Positions 40,328 through 49,869 are shown, counted from the stretch's first letter. The stretch is 64,000 bases of DNA from Candidatus Binataceae bacterium (GCA_035541875.1 DATKML010000024.1:5030-69029); one strand, 5' to 3'. The notes: generated by a model not told the origin, from the letters alone. Numbers and translations are program-made.

Positions 40328-40356
40328 AAAAAACCCCGGCAGGGTTTCTACCGGGG
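40328..40356 (-). terminator. Rho-independent terminator after the zinc-finger gene (minus strand)
   Basis: CCCCGG...CCGGGG stem with a T-run on the minus strand, directly after the stop at 40379. Confidence 0.55.
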
Positions 40357-40378
40357 TTCTAGGTGGAACCAGATGGGC

Positions 40379-40642
40379 TCAGGCAGCAGCAACCGTCGGG
40401 GTCGTAGCCTTGGCGGCGCGGCGCGCCTTTTGAGTTTCAGCCGCCACTTGCGCCTGATCCGCTGCGACCTTGGAGGCGTGCTCGGCAACCGCGCGATCCA
40501 GTTCACGCTTTTCGGCCTTCGCGCGGCGACGATCCTTGGCGCAATCCAAGCAATGCTGGGAAATGTCATACACGCGAGTGTTCTTGGCCGTCCGCAGATG
40601 GCCGCGTTGGCAATGGGTGGTTGCCCGTTTCCCGTCGCTCAA
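40379..40642 (-). CDS. Phage-type small zinc-finger protein (HNH-like Cys/His motif)
   Basis: THCQRGHLRTAKNTRVYDISQHCLDCAKDRRR resembles the CxxGH...N...CxxC small HNH-like proteins of temperate phages, with a basic C-terminal tail. Confidence 0.5.
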   Translation of the reverse strand: MSDGKRATTHCQRGHLRTAKNTRVYDISQHCLDCAKDRRRAKAEKRELDRAVAEHASKVAADQAQVAAETQKARRAAKATTPTVAAA

Positions 40643-41023
40643 CCGCGCTGCCGGGTTGTCCTTCGCTGGTGGGACAGCCTTGGCCTTCCTACGACGGCCC
40701 TTCGTCGTGGGTTAGGCGGCAACCGGGGTCTGCTGCGGCTCATGCTGGGTTTCGACCGTTGGCGTCGCCTCGGCTACGGGTTCCGGCGTCGGACCGATGG
40801 GCGTCGCTGGCAAACTGGGCGTGATCGCCTCGATGGCGGGCTGCGGGTTTGTGATTTGGTTCTGGGGTTTGCGTGATTTTACCATGTGCGTGACCTCCTG
40901 ATGCTGTGTGTTATCCGTGAGTGAACGCACTAGAGCAAGAACCAAGCGTTGGGTTTTCGCAGGAGGGGGAGTCGGAAGGCGAAAAGATTTCTAGTGCATT
41001 AGACGCGCCGCTGGTTAAACTAC

Positions 41024-41569
41024 TTGCTAATGGGGCGGCGTAAAGCGAAATTCACAACGACACTATTCCTAACCGGGATCGCGCTCAGCGGGAGCGGATG
41101 TATGACTATGATCGAACATCACCGCCGGGCGACCATCGAGAACAACGATCTCGCGGCGCGCAAAGCCTGCCTCGACCTTCCCACAGAGCAGATTTCCGAT
41201 TGCCTCGCGCAGGCCAAAGCGGCCAACGATCAGGCGGTGGCCGACGAATTGAAATTCGAGCACCACGTTGAGGTGACGCGCGAAGTCGTCGGCGGGTTGG
41301 CTGGCGGCCTGTCACAGGGCGCGCAATCGTTCGCGCAATCACGGCAGAACGTGATCGACACCCAACAACGACTCGACGAATCGTTCAACTCCAGCGGCGG
41401 GATGCGAATCGATCCACCACCACCGCCCGATCTGCCGACGTTCAACGGCGGACGGCCGGTTCAGGTGGGCGATCCTGTTCCTGATCGTCCGGGGTGGGTT
41501 CACGGACCCAATAACACCGAGGTGCCCTTACCTCCCGAGCCTGCGCCAGTTGGTACTTTCGGCCAGTAG
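41024..41569 (+). CDS. Hypothetical secreted protein or lipoprotein with a Pro-rich C-terminus
   Basis: Signal peptide ending LSGSGC (imperfect lipobox). Pro-rich tail PPPPPDLPTF...PLPPEPAP. Confidence 0.45.
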   Translation: MLMGRRKAKFTTTLFLTGIALSGSGCMTMIEHHRRATIENNDLAARKACLDLPTEQISDCLAQAKAANDQAVADELKFEHHVEVTREVVGGLAGGLSQGAQSFAQSRQNVIDTQQRLDESFNSSGGMRIDPPPPPDLPTFNGGRPVQVGDPVPDRPGWVHGPNNTEVPLPPEPAPVGTFGQ

Positions 41570-41604
41570 GCCGCGCGTTATCGGCTTTATCTGTTTGCGA
41601 GTGC

Positions 41605-41647
41605 AAAAAGGTTGCCGGGGCGCAGGCAGGAGAACCGACGCCCCGGC
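41605..41647 (-). terminator. Rho-independent terminator (minus strand) after the small ORF 41688-41891
   Basis: GCCGGGGCG...CGCCCCGGC stem with an A-run on the plus strand (a T-run on the minus strand). Confidence 0.5.
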
Positions 41648-41687
41648 GTGGTCGCGTCGAACGAGGATGATCGCGCGACCGAGATTG

Positions 41688-41891
41688 TTACGCCGTAAGC
41701 GCGACGATGTTCCATCCCTGTGACAAATACGACGCGAGCTGGTTATTGCCCAGCTTGGCCGTCGTTGAGTCGAATGTGTATTGACCGCTGCTCGGCGCAA
41801 CCTCGACGCCGCTGTACCAGATCGGATTCAAACTGTACGTCGCGGGCGGAGCCAACGTGACGGACGTATAATTCGGATTCGGTGAAGCCAT
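41688..41891 (-). CDS. Small hypothetical protein (67 aa)
   Basis: Followed by its own terminator. Composition is Ser/Thr/Asn-rich and non-repetitive. Confidence 0.35.
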   Translation of the reverse strand: MASPNPNYTSVTLAPPATYSLNPIWYSGVEVAPSSGQYTFDSTTAKLGNNQLASYLSQGWNIVALTA

Positions 41892-41943
41892 AATTTTTCT
41901 CCCTTTGAAGCGCCGCGATGGCGCGATTGAGTAGCATCGACAT

Positions 41944-42348
41944 CTATTTCAATAGACCCATTTGATCGCGTTCGGACGCGCTGAACTCCGCGCGGAGGCA
42001 TTTCTGGAGCGCCCTCGCGGCCTCCGCGTCGGACGTATAGGTTCCCTGCGCTGCCTTCTGGATGACCCGTTTGAGCCGGGCGTTGCGAGCGTTCCGGGTT
42101 GCGGTTCCGGCATGGATCACGGCGACCCCGGCGGCCATGCGAATCTTCTCGGCCCGTTCATCGGCATCCAACCCACCCAGCCCGGATATTGATGCCGATT
42201 TGGTGATCCGCCCGAGATGGCCGGGATTCGATTGGCCTGTACGTTGTGGAACCAGCCGGGCACGGGCTTCCGCGAATGAACGCCGCGAATCGCGCTTCTC
42301 TAAAGCCGTGAAGCCGCTCGGATTATCCGGGCGATCAACCAGCACCAC
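41944..42348 (-). CDS. Hypothetical protein (island cargo; start uncertain, frame stays open upstream without an ATG)
   Basis: A 134-aa ORF. In-frame upstream extension reads TVHFVGIDQFNRVVLVDRP, so the true start may be a GTG. Confidence 0.35.
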   Translation of the reverse strand: MVLVDRPDNPSGFTALEKRDSRRSFAEARARLVPQRTGQSNPGHLGRITKSASISGLGGLDADERAEKIRMAAGVAVIHAGTATRNARNARLKRVIQKAAQGTYTSDAEAARALQKCLRAEFSASERDQMGLLK

Positions 42349-42471
42349 GCGGTTGAATTGATCGATGCCAACGAAATGAACCGTGCCGCCGCGGCCTTGG
42401 CGAGGGCGGCCTCGTTCTCAATCTCAAACGTCAGCCCGTCCGTCGTGGTAATGACGCGGCCCTCGGTCCGT

Positions 42472-42687
42472 TTAATCTGGTGGTACTGCATTTGCTCGTT
42501 CCTTTTCATCGATCAGGTCGGTGCCGTGATCGACCAGCAAGATGTTTTTGATCTCGGGGTGTTCTCGGTGAAAAATTGCCTCGGCCTCGTCGCGATTGGC
42601 GGCCAAGATCCCGATGTAAGGCGGCCACGTCAGCCAAACACCGCCGCCGGGGCGGTGCCATAGATGGGCGGTCAAAATCCGGCTCAT
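42472..42687 (-). CDS. Hypothetical protein (about 71 aa from MSRILTAHLWHRPGGG...)
   Basis: The distal part of track ORF 42472-42816 looks protein-like. The Arg/Gly-rich upstream extension looks non-coding. Confidence 0.3.
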   Translation of the reverse strand: MSRILTAHLWHRPGGGVWLTWPPYIGILAANRDEAEAIFHREHPEIKNILLVDHGTDLIDEKERANAVPPD

Positions 42688-42859
42688 CCCTTCGGCTCCT
42701 CGGTCCGTTCCACGTCGGATGATTCCTTCGCGGCAGCCACCCGCTGCTCGATTTCCGTGGGGCTTAGTTCCCGCACGGGTCCGTTCTTGCGCTGAAATCG
42801 ACGCGTGAACCGGCACCGGTAAATTCCGTTATTCGCTAATTGCCGGGGCGATCGTGGTG

Positions 42860-43093
42860 TCACGCGACCGCTCCTTGCGGCCCGGCGGCCAACGCCTTGA
42901 GCCAACGCGCACGACGAGGCGCAGCCAATTCACCGACCAGCCAATCCACAAGGGACGGCAACGCGAAGGCGTTGAATCGGGCGTTGATAGGCGTAACCGA
43001 AGGGCCACGGGATTGGTGGCGTAACCGCCATAACCCAACCCGCGTGATCCCGAGAATGCTAGTTAAATCGGCCGTCGATGCGATTGCGTCCAT
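42860..43093 (-). CDS. AlpA/excisionase-family helix-turn-helix regulator
   Basis: MDAIASTADLTSILGITRVGLWRL is a canonical AlpA-type HTH. Confidence 0.6.
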   Translation of the reverse strand: MDAIASTADLTSILGITRVGLWRLRHQSRGPSVTPINARFNAFALPSLVDWLVGELAAPRRARWLKALAAGPQGAVA

Positions 43094-43457
43094 CGTGACA
43101 AGATGTTAGCAACGTCGTTCCATTCCTTGAAGGGGCGGCTCGATATCCGGGCGGCCCCGAGAAAACCGAGGCACACAAACGCCGTGTGTGCCCGTTTCCA
43201 ACCCGCCTTGGCATCCTTGCCCGAGGCTCGTTCCCGCAATTCGGCCAGCGTAGCCAGCCATCGAAGACCGTCGCGTTCCGGCAACCTCTGTCATCGCTAA
43301 AAAACCTATCGCTAACCCTGTCTGCCGGTTAGCCTTTGGCGATAATGGAACTCACACCGGTTCACCAGTTCGGCGATTGGTACGCCAAGCGAGAAGACTT
43401 GGCCTATTACGTCAACGACGAAACCTCGAGCGGCTCTAAGGTTCGCCAATATGAGCG

Positions 43458-44249
43458 ATGATCGCGGCAACGCCCGGCACGCTAATCGTTGGGTGTTCGG
43501 CGGCGTCGGCGATGCAGGTTTACGTTGCTGATTGTGCCAACCGGCACGGCCTACCGGGCATTGTGTATGTTGCCGGGCGCAAGAAACCGACGCCATCAAC
43601 CAAATACGCCATGACGGCCGGGGTTGATGTTCGGCCCGTAAGTCCGGGCTACCTCACAACCGTTCGAGCGAGAGCGCGCGCCGAGGCGCTAAGAATCGGC
43701 GGGTGTGTCGGGTGGAGCGAATCGACGGCCAAAGAGGACACCGCAGCCCAGTGCGCCAACATTCCGGACGATGTGAAGCGTATCGTGGTGCCGACGGGAT
43801 CGGGGGCTACGCTGAAGGGGATCGTTGATGGCATGAAGCGCCTCGGGCGCAGCGTGCCGATTCTGGCCGTTGCCGTTTCCGGTATGTACGAAGACGTTGA
43901 TGGTGTAGAGGCGATCCACCTAACCCGCGATTACGACGACGAAGAGGCCGCCATATTACCCGACGGAAGCTATCTCGATCCCTATTACGCCGCAAAGGCG
44001 CTCAAGTTCGTCCGCCCCGGCGATTGTTTGTGGGTATCGGGTAGGCGCTCGATCTTGGCGATCAAGAAAATCACGCGCACCAAAATAGAACTCCTGCGCA
44101 AGAACCCAACGTTAGGACGTTGGCGTGATTCCAAATGCACCACGTTGCTATCGGGGGCTCAGCAGCGGGCCGACAATCGATCCGGGGCCGAACCGCTGCT
44201 GGACGGTTCCGCGAATACTTGTGGCCATCATATCGAGGGCCTTGGTTGA
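43458..44249 (+). pseudogene. Fragment of a fold-type II PLP enzyme (ACC deaminase / D-cysteine desulfhydrase family) lacking the N-terminal PLP-lysine region
   Basis: KRIVVPTGSGATLKGIVDGMKRLG matches the glycine-rich loop and LDPYYAAKALKFVRPGDCLWVSGG matches the LDPVYTGKA...HTGG motif. The N-terminal ~100 aa are missing. The 3' end overlaps the convergent terL by ~100 bp. Confidence 0.45.
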
Positions 44250-45896
44250 CGCGGGCGCTGGATCGGCTTCCTTCATAGGCGGTCCGTCCGGTTCCGGGCA
44301 CGGACCCCGATGCCAGAACCTCGCGCCGCCGTCGGTGAGGTAGTTTTTCTCCATCACGGGCCGTTTGCATTTGCCGCAGATACGTTCTCGGCGGATCAGG
44401 TTTTGCACGATCTCCGATTCCCGCCGCTCGACGCCGGGTACGCGCAGCCCAACCGCCACGGCGGCCCACTGAGATGCGTCCATGCCCCGTTGCCCTTCTT
44501 GGACCGCACCCAGCGCGGCCTGCGCCAACGCAACAATCACGTCGATTTTATGCGACGTTTTCTCCTTCGCGATGCGCCACCCACGGGTGGTTTCCAAGGC
44601 GACACAGCGCGAGATCGATAGGCGCATATCGGCGTCGGGGTACAGGATCAAATTCGCGCCCTTGATGATTTCGTACAGGTTGGAACTGGCTTCCGTGAGG
44701 TTCGGCACCGACTGCGGAAATTCGATCATCGGCAACCCGTTCCCGCGAAGGCGCTGCGCTACGGCCACAAGCTGGTACGGATCATATCGCACCTCGCGGA
44801 TGCTGAACCGGGTTCGCATCTCCAACAGGGTGCGCTCGATGGTCGCCTCGAAGTCGAGCGGATCGTCCGGCGATGGCTGGAAAATCCGATGCCAAACGAG
44901 CCGCACCTTCTTGGCGTCGCGATCCCAGCCGCAAACCACGATCGCGGTGCTATCGCGTTTGACCGATGCGTCAACGCCAACCCAGACGGGAAGCCGTTGA
45001 TCGGCCAGGATGGGATGTAGCGCCGAATCGACGCAAGCGTCCCACCACTCGATGGGTACGAACTCCGATTCTGACGTCACCCACCTGTTTTCAACGTGGC
45101 GAAGGTAGGCGTTTTGCCTAGTAGATTGGCGCATCTGTTCGCGCCACGCATCGGTTTGCCACGGAGCCGGACCGGTATGCGTCCAATACGCCAACATTCC
45201 GGGCTGCTCGTACAAATCCGGGCCGACCACCTTCCCGGCGATCCCGCGTTTGTAGAGCCCTTCGAGCAACTCGGATTCGCCCTCGAAGCCTGCATAGGTG
45301 ACGGTTAAGCGCCCGGATACCTTGCGCGTGGGTGAAAACACGCCCTCATCCCACAACCTATGCGAGGCCTCCGATGCGAACGCCCACAATTCGTCCCACA
45401 CGGTTAGCGTCGGGTTCGCCCCTGCGAAGCCCTTGAAATCGTTCGCGACGGCCGAGATGAACGCGCCGGTCGAAATGAACGTGATCCGATCCGCCGTTAC
45501 CTTGGCGGAGTTTCGCAGCAGGGGCGACGCTTGAACGATCCTGGCGGCGGCTTGGAACACGCGACCAACGGCCTGATCGTAATCGTTCGCGAGGGCGTAT
45601 ACCTCGGCGTAGGGGCCGCCGATCACCACGGCGACGTAGATTGCGACCATCGCGGCTAGGGCGGTTTTGCCGGATTTCTTCGGCGCTGAGTAGAGCATCT
45701 CCGGGAACGGCAAACGGCCGTCCGGCGTCAAAACGAGAGCGCGGCGCAGGAACTCGATTTCGGCAGCGTACAACTCGAAGGGTGATCCCGTTTCCGGGTT
45801 GATCGAAACCTCATGGACGAAGGCTACCGGATCTGCGCGCCAACGAGCCGCAGCCTTGGCCTGTTCACTCGATGGGTTCGGCTTGCTTGATGGCAC
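44148..45896 (-). CDS. terL: Phage terminase large subunit
   Basis: Walker A-like APKKSGKTALAAM, Walker B TVWDELW, RNase H-like nuclease region VWVGVDASVKRD, and a C-terminal Cys cluster CGKCKRP...HRGPCPE. Confidence 0.75.
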   Translation of the reverse strand: MPSSKPNPSSEQAKAAARWRADPVAFVHEVSINPETGSPFELYAAEIEFLRRALVLTPDGRLPFPEMLYSAPKKSGKTALAAMVAIYVAVVIGGPYAEVYALANDYDQAVGRVFQAAARIVQASPLLRNSAKVTADRITFISTGAFISAVANDFKGFAGANPTLTVWDELWAFASEASHRLWDEGVFSPTRKVSGRLTVTYAGFEGESELLEGLYKRGIAGKVVGPDLYEQPGMLAYWTHTGPAPWQTDAWREQMRQSTRQNAYLRHVENRWVTSESEFVPIEWWDACVDSALHPILADQRLPVWVGVDASVKRDSTAIVVCGWDRDAKKVRLVWHRIFQPSPDDPLDFEATIERTLLEMRTRFSIREVRYDPYQLVAVAQRLRGNGLPMIEFPQSVPNLTEASSNLYEIIKGANLILYPDADMRLSISRCVALETTRGWRIAKEKTSHKIDVIVALAQAALGAVQEGQRGMDASQWAAVAVGLRVPGVERRESEIVQNLIRRERICGKCKRPVMEKNYLTDGGARFWHRGPCPEPDGPPMKEADPAPASTKALDMMATSIRGTVQQRFGPGSIVGPLLSPR

Positions 45897-46326
45897 GGTC
45901 CTTCTCCTCGGCAGCGGCGTTCAACGCGGCAAACTCACCGGCCAGATCCCTTCCCTTGTCGGACAACCCGGCTAGCTGCCTACGGGCTGCCGGGGTTAGC
46001 CCTAGTTCGCGGGCAATGGTTAGCTGCGCCGCCCGCAGCGCCCGATATTCGCCGAGGAGTTTCCGGGGTTCACCCTGATCGGTCGTCGGACCCTCGTCGC
46101 GCAGGCGTCCGTAGATAACGGTGGCGAGGATTTCAAGCTCGCACCATGCTCGGGCAGCCGGGCCGTCGCTATCGACCAACCACGGGCAGGCGCGGCGCAT
46201 CTTACCGAGCAGGTGATAAACCCGACGATCCCGGACGGCAACACCCTTCTTCAAGGCGACATATAGGCTTCTGGTGTTGTTCTTCGCCATTACAAACCCC
46301 GTGCGGATCACTGTAACCAGCGTCAA
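45865..46326 (-). CDS. terS: Phage terminase small subunit, P27 family
   Basis: ARELGLTPAARRQL and the overall layout match P27-family TerS. It overlaps the terL start, and the true start may be MAKNNT (46290). Confidence 0.6.
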   Translation of the reverse strand: MTLVTVIRTGFVMAKNNTRSLYVALKKGVAVRDRRVYHLLGKMRRACPWLVDSDGPAARAWCELEILATVIYGRLRDEGPTTDQGEPRKLLGEYRALRAAQLTIARELGLTPAARRQLAGLSDKGRDLAGEFAALNAAAEEKDRAIKQAEPIE

Positions 46327-46535
46327 CCAAAGCTGTAAGCAGCGCCGCCCGAAGCTGGTCGCAAGGCGTAGATTATCGAAGGGATGGCCAGCGACTGGGC
46401 ACTGGCATCAAAAAGCCTTTGACTTTATTGAGGTTTTTCGGCGTTATCGGTTTTGATGGCCGATGTACTGTTGAACGGGGCTTTGACAAGATAGCCGGAC
46501 CCCACAAATCCTCTGATTGCGCCATTCTCCCGTTC

Positions 46536-46712
46536 ATGAAGCAGCATCACACCGAGCGCGAACAGCGCTTTCTCGATCTTGCTAGTACCCTAGCCAACGA
46601 GTTCGCGCCTCGCTCCGCCAAGTACGATACCGAAGAAGCTTTTCCCTTAGAGAATTACGCCCAGTTGAGAATCTCTTCATTGACTCGGGTTGTTCATTCA
46701 TGCCAGATCTGA
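46536..46712 (+). pseudogene. N-terminal remnant of an acyl-CoA dehydrogenase
   Basis: MKQHHTEREQRFLDLASTLANEFAPRSAKYDTEEAFPLENYAQLR is a typical ACAD N-terminus, then degenerates and terminates after ~58 aa. Confidence 0.45.
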
Positions 46713-46760
46713 TGCCGCTAGTCTTTACGTACTCCCGTTCGCTGCGAGAGGAGGATTCTA

Positions 46761-47297
46761 ATGAGCCCGGAAACCATTCACGACAAGTTACGGCTCTACC
46801 CCGTGATTGCGTCAATAGTCTTCTTCTGCTTGGTAAAGTCGGCGTTTGCGGCCGGGCCCGTAACGTCGCCATTCACTGCTACAGGTTCTGGCGTGAGTGC
46901 GGGCGCTCTAAGCACATGTTCACAGTGCACTACTGGCCACACGTGTATATGCGTGCCTCTTAGCGGTACGGGCAAAGCTAGCGTGATTGGCACAGTGAAT
47001 TGGACGACAACGGTGGTTCTCGACGAAACCAACCCAGAGGCAGGTGACTGCATCGATACGTACGGCACGGTAACGCTAACGGCCAAGAGCAGCTCCAAAA
47101 ACGCTCTTTCGATAGATTATCATGGTTTTGAGTGCTCGGTAGGCACCAATTACACCCTCAACGGAACGTACGTGATCAATCCCGCCAACTCTACGGGAAA
47201 ATTCCTAAACTACAAAGGCTCGGGGAACCTAGCCGGCAGCGAGGATTCCAACAGCGACATTTTGGGTAACCTAAGCGGTACAATCCAAACGCCGTAA
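46761..47297 (+). CDS. Secreted Cys-rich hypothetical protein
   Basis: Signal peptide (cleavage after SAFA), Cys/Thr/Gly-rich mature region, locally lower GC. Confidence 0.5.
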   Translation: MSPETIHDKLRLYPVIASIVFFCLVKSAFAAGPVTSPFTATGSGVSAGALSTCSQCTTGHTCICVPLSGTGKASVIGTVNWTTTVVLDETNPEAGDCIDTYGTVTLTAKSSSKNALSIDYHGFECSVGTNYTLNGTYVINPANSTGKFLNYKGSGNLAGSEDSNSDILGNLSGTIQTP

Positions 47298-47315
47298 ACC
47301 CATCCACCCACCGAG

Positions 47316-47346
47316 CAAAAGCGTAAGCCGCGCTACCGATGGGCGC
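47316..47346. terminator. Bidirectional hairpin terminator between convergent genes
   Basis: Perfect inverted repeat GTAAGCCGCGC...GCGCGGCTTAC with T-rich flanks on both strands. Confidence 0.55.
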
Positions 47347-47357
47347 GGCTTACTTTC

Positions 47358-47741
47358 TTATGAACACAACGCCGGAGCCGAGTCGCTGCTCCTGTACCAT
47401 AGCCAGCGCGCGCCAAGATTTTCACCTGAGTCAAAAACGGAGTCGACAAACTTGGTAGTTGCTAAGTACGGCTTTTCTATAATCGTGATCGAAAACTGCC
47501 AAATCGTCCCTTCGTCCAGCGCGTCCATCAACTTATTGGCTATCTCCGCGACTTTCGACGCGGGCTGAATCTCGTTCGCATGTATTTCGGGCACTCCGAG
47601 CTCGGCCCTATAACCGTTCAGAACGGAACTGACGATTGGCTCGATATCGTCAACTGACAGAATCGCTCCTTGGCGATAGAAGGCAGGAGGAGCAAAGATG
47701 TTCTTCCCGCTGTGCCCACTCTCGTCCGCGTAAATGTGCAT
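47358..47741 (-). CDS. DUF3800 family protein, short form (127 aa)
   Basis: N-terminal MHIYADESGHSG (the IYxDESG motif) and ELGVPEIHANEI (the EIHAxE motif). Full-length family members are usually about 220-260 aa. Confidence 0.55.
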   Translation of the reverse strand: MHIYADESGHSGKNIFAPPAFYRQGAILSVDDIEPIVSSVLNGYRAELGVPEIHANEIQPASKVAEIANKLMDALDEGTIWQFSITIIEKPYLATTKFVDSVFDSGENLGARWLWYRSSDSAPALCS

Positions 47742-48174
47742 TAAGGTCCTCTAAAAACGAACTGAATTCAAAATGATCGGCCATTGGAGCTGGGCCCGTT
47801 AGTAACCTATTGGGCGCTCCTCCCCAAGCAAGGCTGAGAATTAGCGCTTCCGTGCCGTCAAGGAGCCGGATCCGATACGTCCTCTCGGTCGTGGTAGCGC
47901 TTGAGATAGATCAGTACGTCTTGGTGAACGCGAGTGACGCCTTTACCCTTACGCTTGATAAGCGCGGCCGCCCTCATCGGTGCTGACAAAAAAGCCGTCG
48001 CCAAAGTTGATACCTGAACAAGCTCGCAACCTGCGAGCATAAAATTCACCCGCATTTCGACTTCGCGCTTTTCGACTTCGGGCTTGGGGAATTTGTAGGG
48101 ACGACGCCCCTAAGGGTAATAGAAACTCGATTTTCCTCCATCCCTGACGCTACAGTTCTGTCTAGGAGATTAAC

Positions 48175-48591
48175 ATGAAGCTAGCGCTGATTCACAATCG
48201 CGACGATCAAGGGTATTGCCGGGCATGCGAAGCCCTATCCGAGGCGTTCGGTGTCGGATTCTGCCGAACCGATGGATCGCACGTCAGGTTAACCGAGCTG
48301 GTTGCCGAATCCGATCTCGCGCAAACCCTATGCAATGAAACCCGGCTGATGGCAATCCTACGGCTAACCTCGCTCGCCTCGAATCTGGCCGCCGGGATGG
48401 CCGAGGATCAGCCTCGATCATCGGAACCCGCGCCCCTGATCGATGCAGCGCAAATGGCGAAGCACCTGAACTTACCGGAGTCGTGGGTGCGTAGCGAACA
48501 GCGCGCAGGGCGAATTCCGTTTGTCCAAGCCGGGCGATACGTGCGTTTCAACGCCGCCGAGGTTGAGGCGGCCATCCGGCAGCGGAGCTAA
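48175..48591 (+). CDS. xis: Excisionase-family DNA-binding protein
   Basis: C-terminal LIDAAQMAKHLNLPESWVRSEQRAGRIPFVQAGRYVRFNAAEVEAAI is a MerR-like excisionase HTH. It lies directly upstream of int, with AGGAGA RBS. Confidence 0.6.
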   Translation: MKLALIHNRDDQGYCRACEALSEAFGVGFCRTDGSHVRLTELVAESDLAQTLCNETRLMAILRLTSLASNLAAGMAEDQPRSSEPAPLIDAAQMAKHLNLPESWVRSEQRAGRIPFVQAGRYVRFNAAEVEAAIRQRS

Positions 48592-48682
48592 CCAAATGGC
48601 AAAGATCCAAAAACATCACGGCGACGGATGCGATCAGAAGAATTGCGACTGCCCGTACAGGCTCGATTATTGACCGCTCGGT

Positions 48683-49831
48683 ATGAACGGCCCACGCAAA
48701 CGGATCGAGTTCCCCACGAAGAAGGCTGCCGAGAAGTTCCTTGCGGAGACGGCACACAAGGCATCACGGGGCGAATACATCGATCCCGGCAAGGTGCCAC
48801 TATTCACCGTGGTGGCGGAGCAATGGTTTCGCTCCAAGGTAGATTTCCGGCCGTCTCACGTTGTCGATCTCCGAGGCCGCCTCGACAAGCATTTGATCCC
48901 GGCGTTCGGATCGCGGCGGCTCGATGAGATCCGTGTGATTGATATCGAGAAGCTCCGAGATGATCTACGCGACAACGGTCACGCGCGCACCACGGTTAAC
49001 CGCGCTGTCCAGATCGTGAACGCTATCTTCAAGTTGGCTATTCGGCAGGGGCGTTGCGCTATCAATCCAACGGAGCGGGTAGATCGGATCAAACAAACCG
49101 CAGCCGAGATCCGGCTCGACGACGATGGCGACGATCCGACGCCGGATGACATCCTGAACCCGGACGAGATTCGACGGTTGCTCGACGCTGCTATTCCGGG
49201 GTTTGATCGCAGGTTGTTCATGATGGCCTTCGTTTCCGGTGCACGCCAAGGCGAACTATTCGCGCTTCAATGGACGGACATCGAGCTGCCCAAGGACGGC
49301 AGCGCAGCAGGGCGGATGCACATCAGGCGCACACTATCGTGGAGCCACCCCAAGGGCGAATCGCCGCGCCCACGATTCTATCCACCCAAAACCAAGGCAG
49401 GCCTACGATCCATCGAGATCCCACCTGGATTAGTTGCGGCCCTGAAGCGCTGGAAGCTCCAATGCCCGGCGTCGCCTATCGGGCTTGTGTTCCCACGATC
49501 AGATGGGCAGCCTATGTACCGTGAATTTATGCTCCGTCGGCGTTTCTATCCGGCCCTCAACCGCGCGCGCTTGCGCCGCGTTCGATTCCATTCCCTGCGC
49601 CATTCATGCGCGTCCGCTATGATCGCGGCAGGGGCGTCGATCACCGAGGTCCAGCATCATCTCGGACACGCATCCCCGGCTATGACGCTGGGCACCTATT
49701 CCCATTGGTTCCGAAACGCCGAGGGTAGCGGGGCGGTCCAGCGCTTGAGCCGGATGGTCGCCGAGGGGAACTGGGCAGAAACTGGGCACTTGAATGAATC
49801 GGATTCTGCCGAAGAGGCGGTTTCAGCTTGA
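48683..49831 (+). CDS. int: Tyrosine-type site-specific integrase
   Basis: C-terminal catalytic region HSLRHSCASAMIAAGASITEVQHHLGHASPAMTLGTYSHW (R..HxxR..Y). It ends 38 bp before tRNA-Val. Confidence 0.88.
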   Translation: MNGPRKRIEFPTKKAAEKFLAETAHKASRGEYIDPGKVPLFTVVAEQWFRSKVDFRPSHVVDLRGRLDKHLIPAFGSRRLDEIRVIDIEKLRDDLRDNGHARTTVNRAVQIVNAIFKLAIRQGRCAINPTERVDRIKQTAAEIRLDDDGDDPTPDDILNPDEIRRLLDAAIPGFDRRLFMMAFVSGARQGELFALQWTDIELPKDGSAAGRMHIRRTLSWSHPKGESPRPRFYPPKTKAGLRSIEIPPGLVAALKRWKLQCPASPIGLVFPRSDGQPMYREFMLRRRFYPALNRARLRRVRFHSLRHSCASAMIAAGASITEVQHHLGHASPAMTLGTYSHWFRNAEGSGAVQRLSRMVAEGNWAETGHLNESDSAEEAVSA

Positions 49832-49869
49832 AAAAAGCCTCGATAAATCGGAGGCTTAGCTGACTCGAC

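Noticed and set aside
42300-42816. ORFs 42472-42816 and 42300-42509 plus 41944-42348 as one frameshifted gene
   Set aside because: Frame check shows 42472-42816 and 41944-42348 are in the same frame, separated by two stops. The 69-aa ORF 42300-42509 is in another frame and overlaps both. The simpler reading is two small genes plus a spurious overlapping ORF.
42684-42905. 73-aa ORF overlapping the 3' end of the AlpA-like gene
   Set aside because: It is Arg-rich at the N-terminus and overlaps a better-supported HTH gene by ~45 bp. It is possibly real from an internal start, but unsupported.
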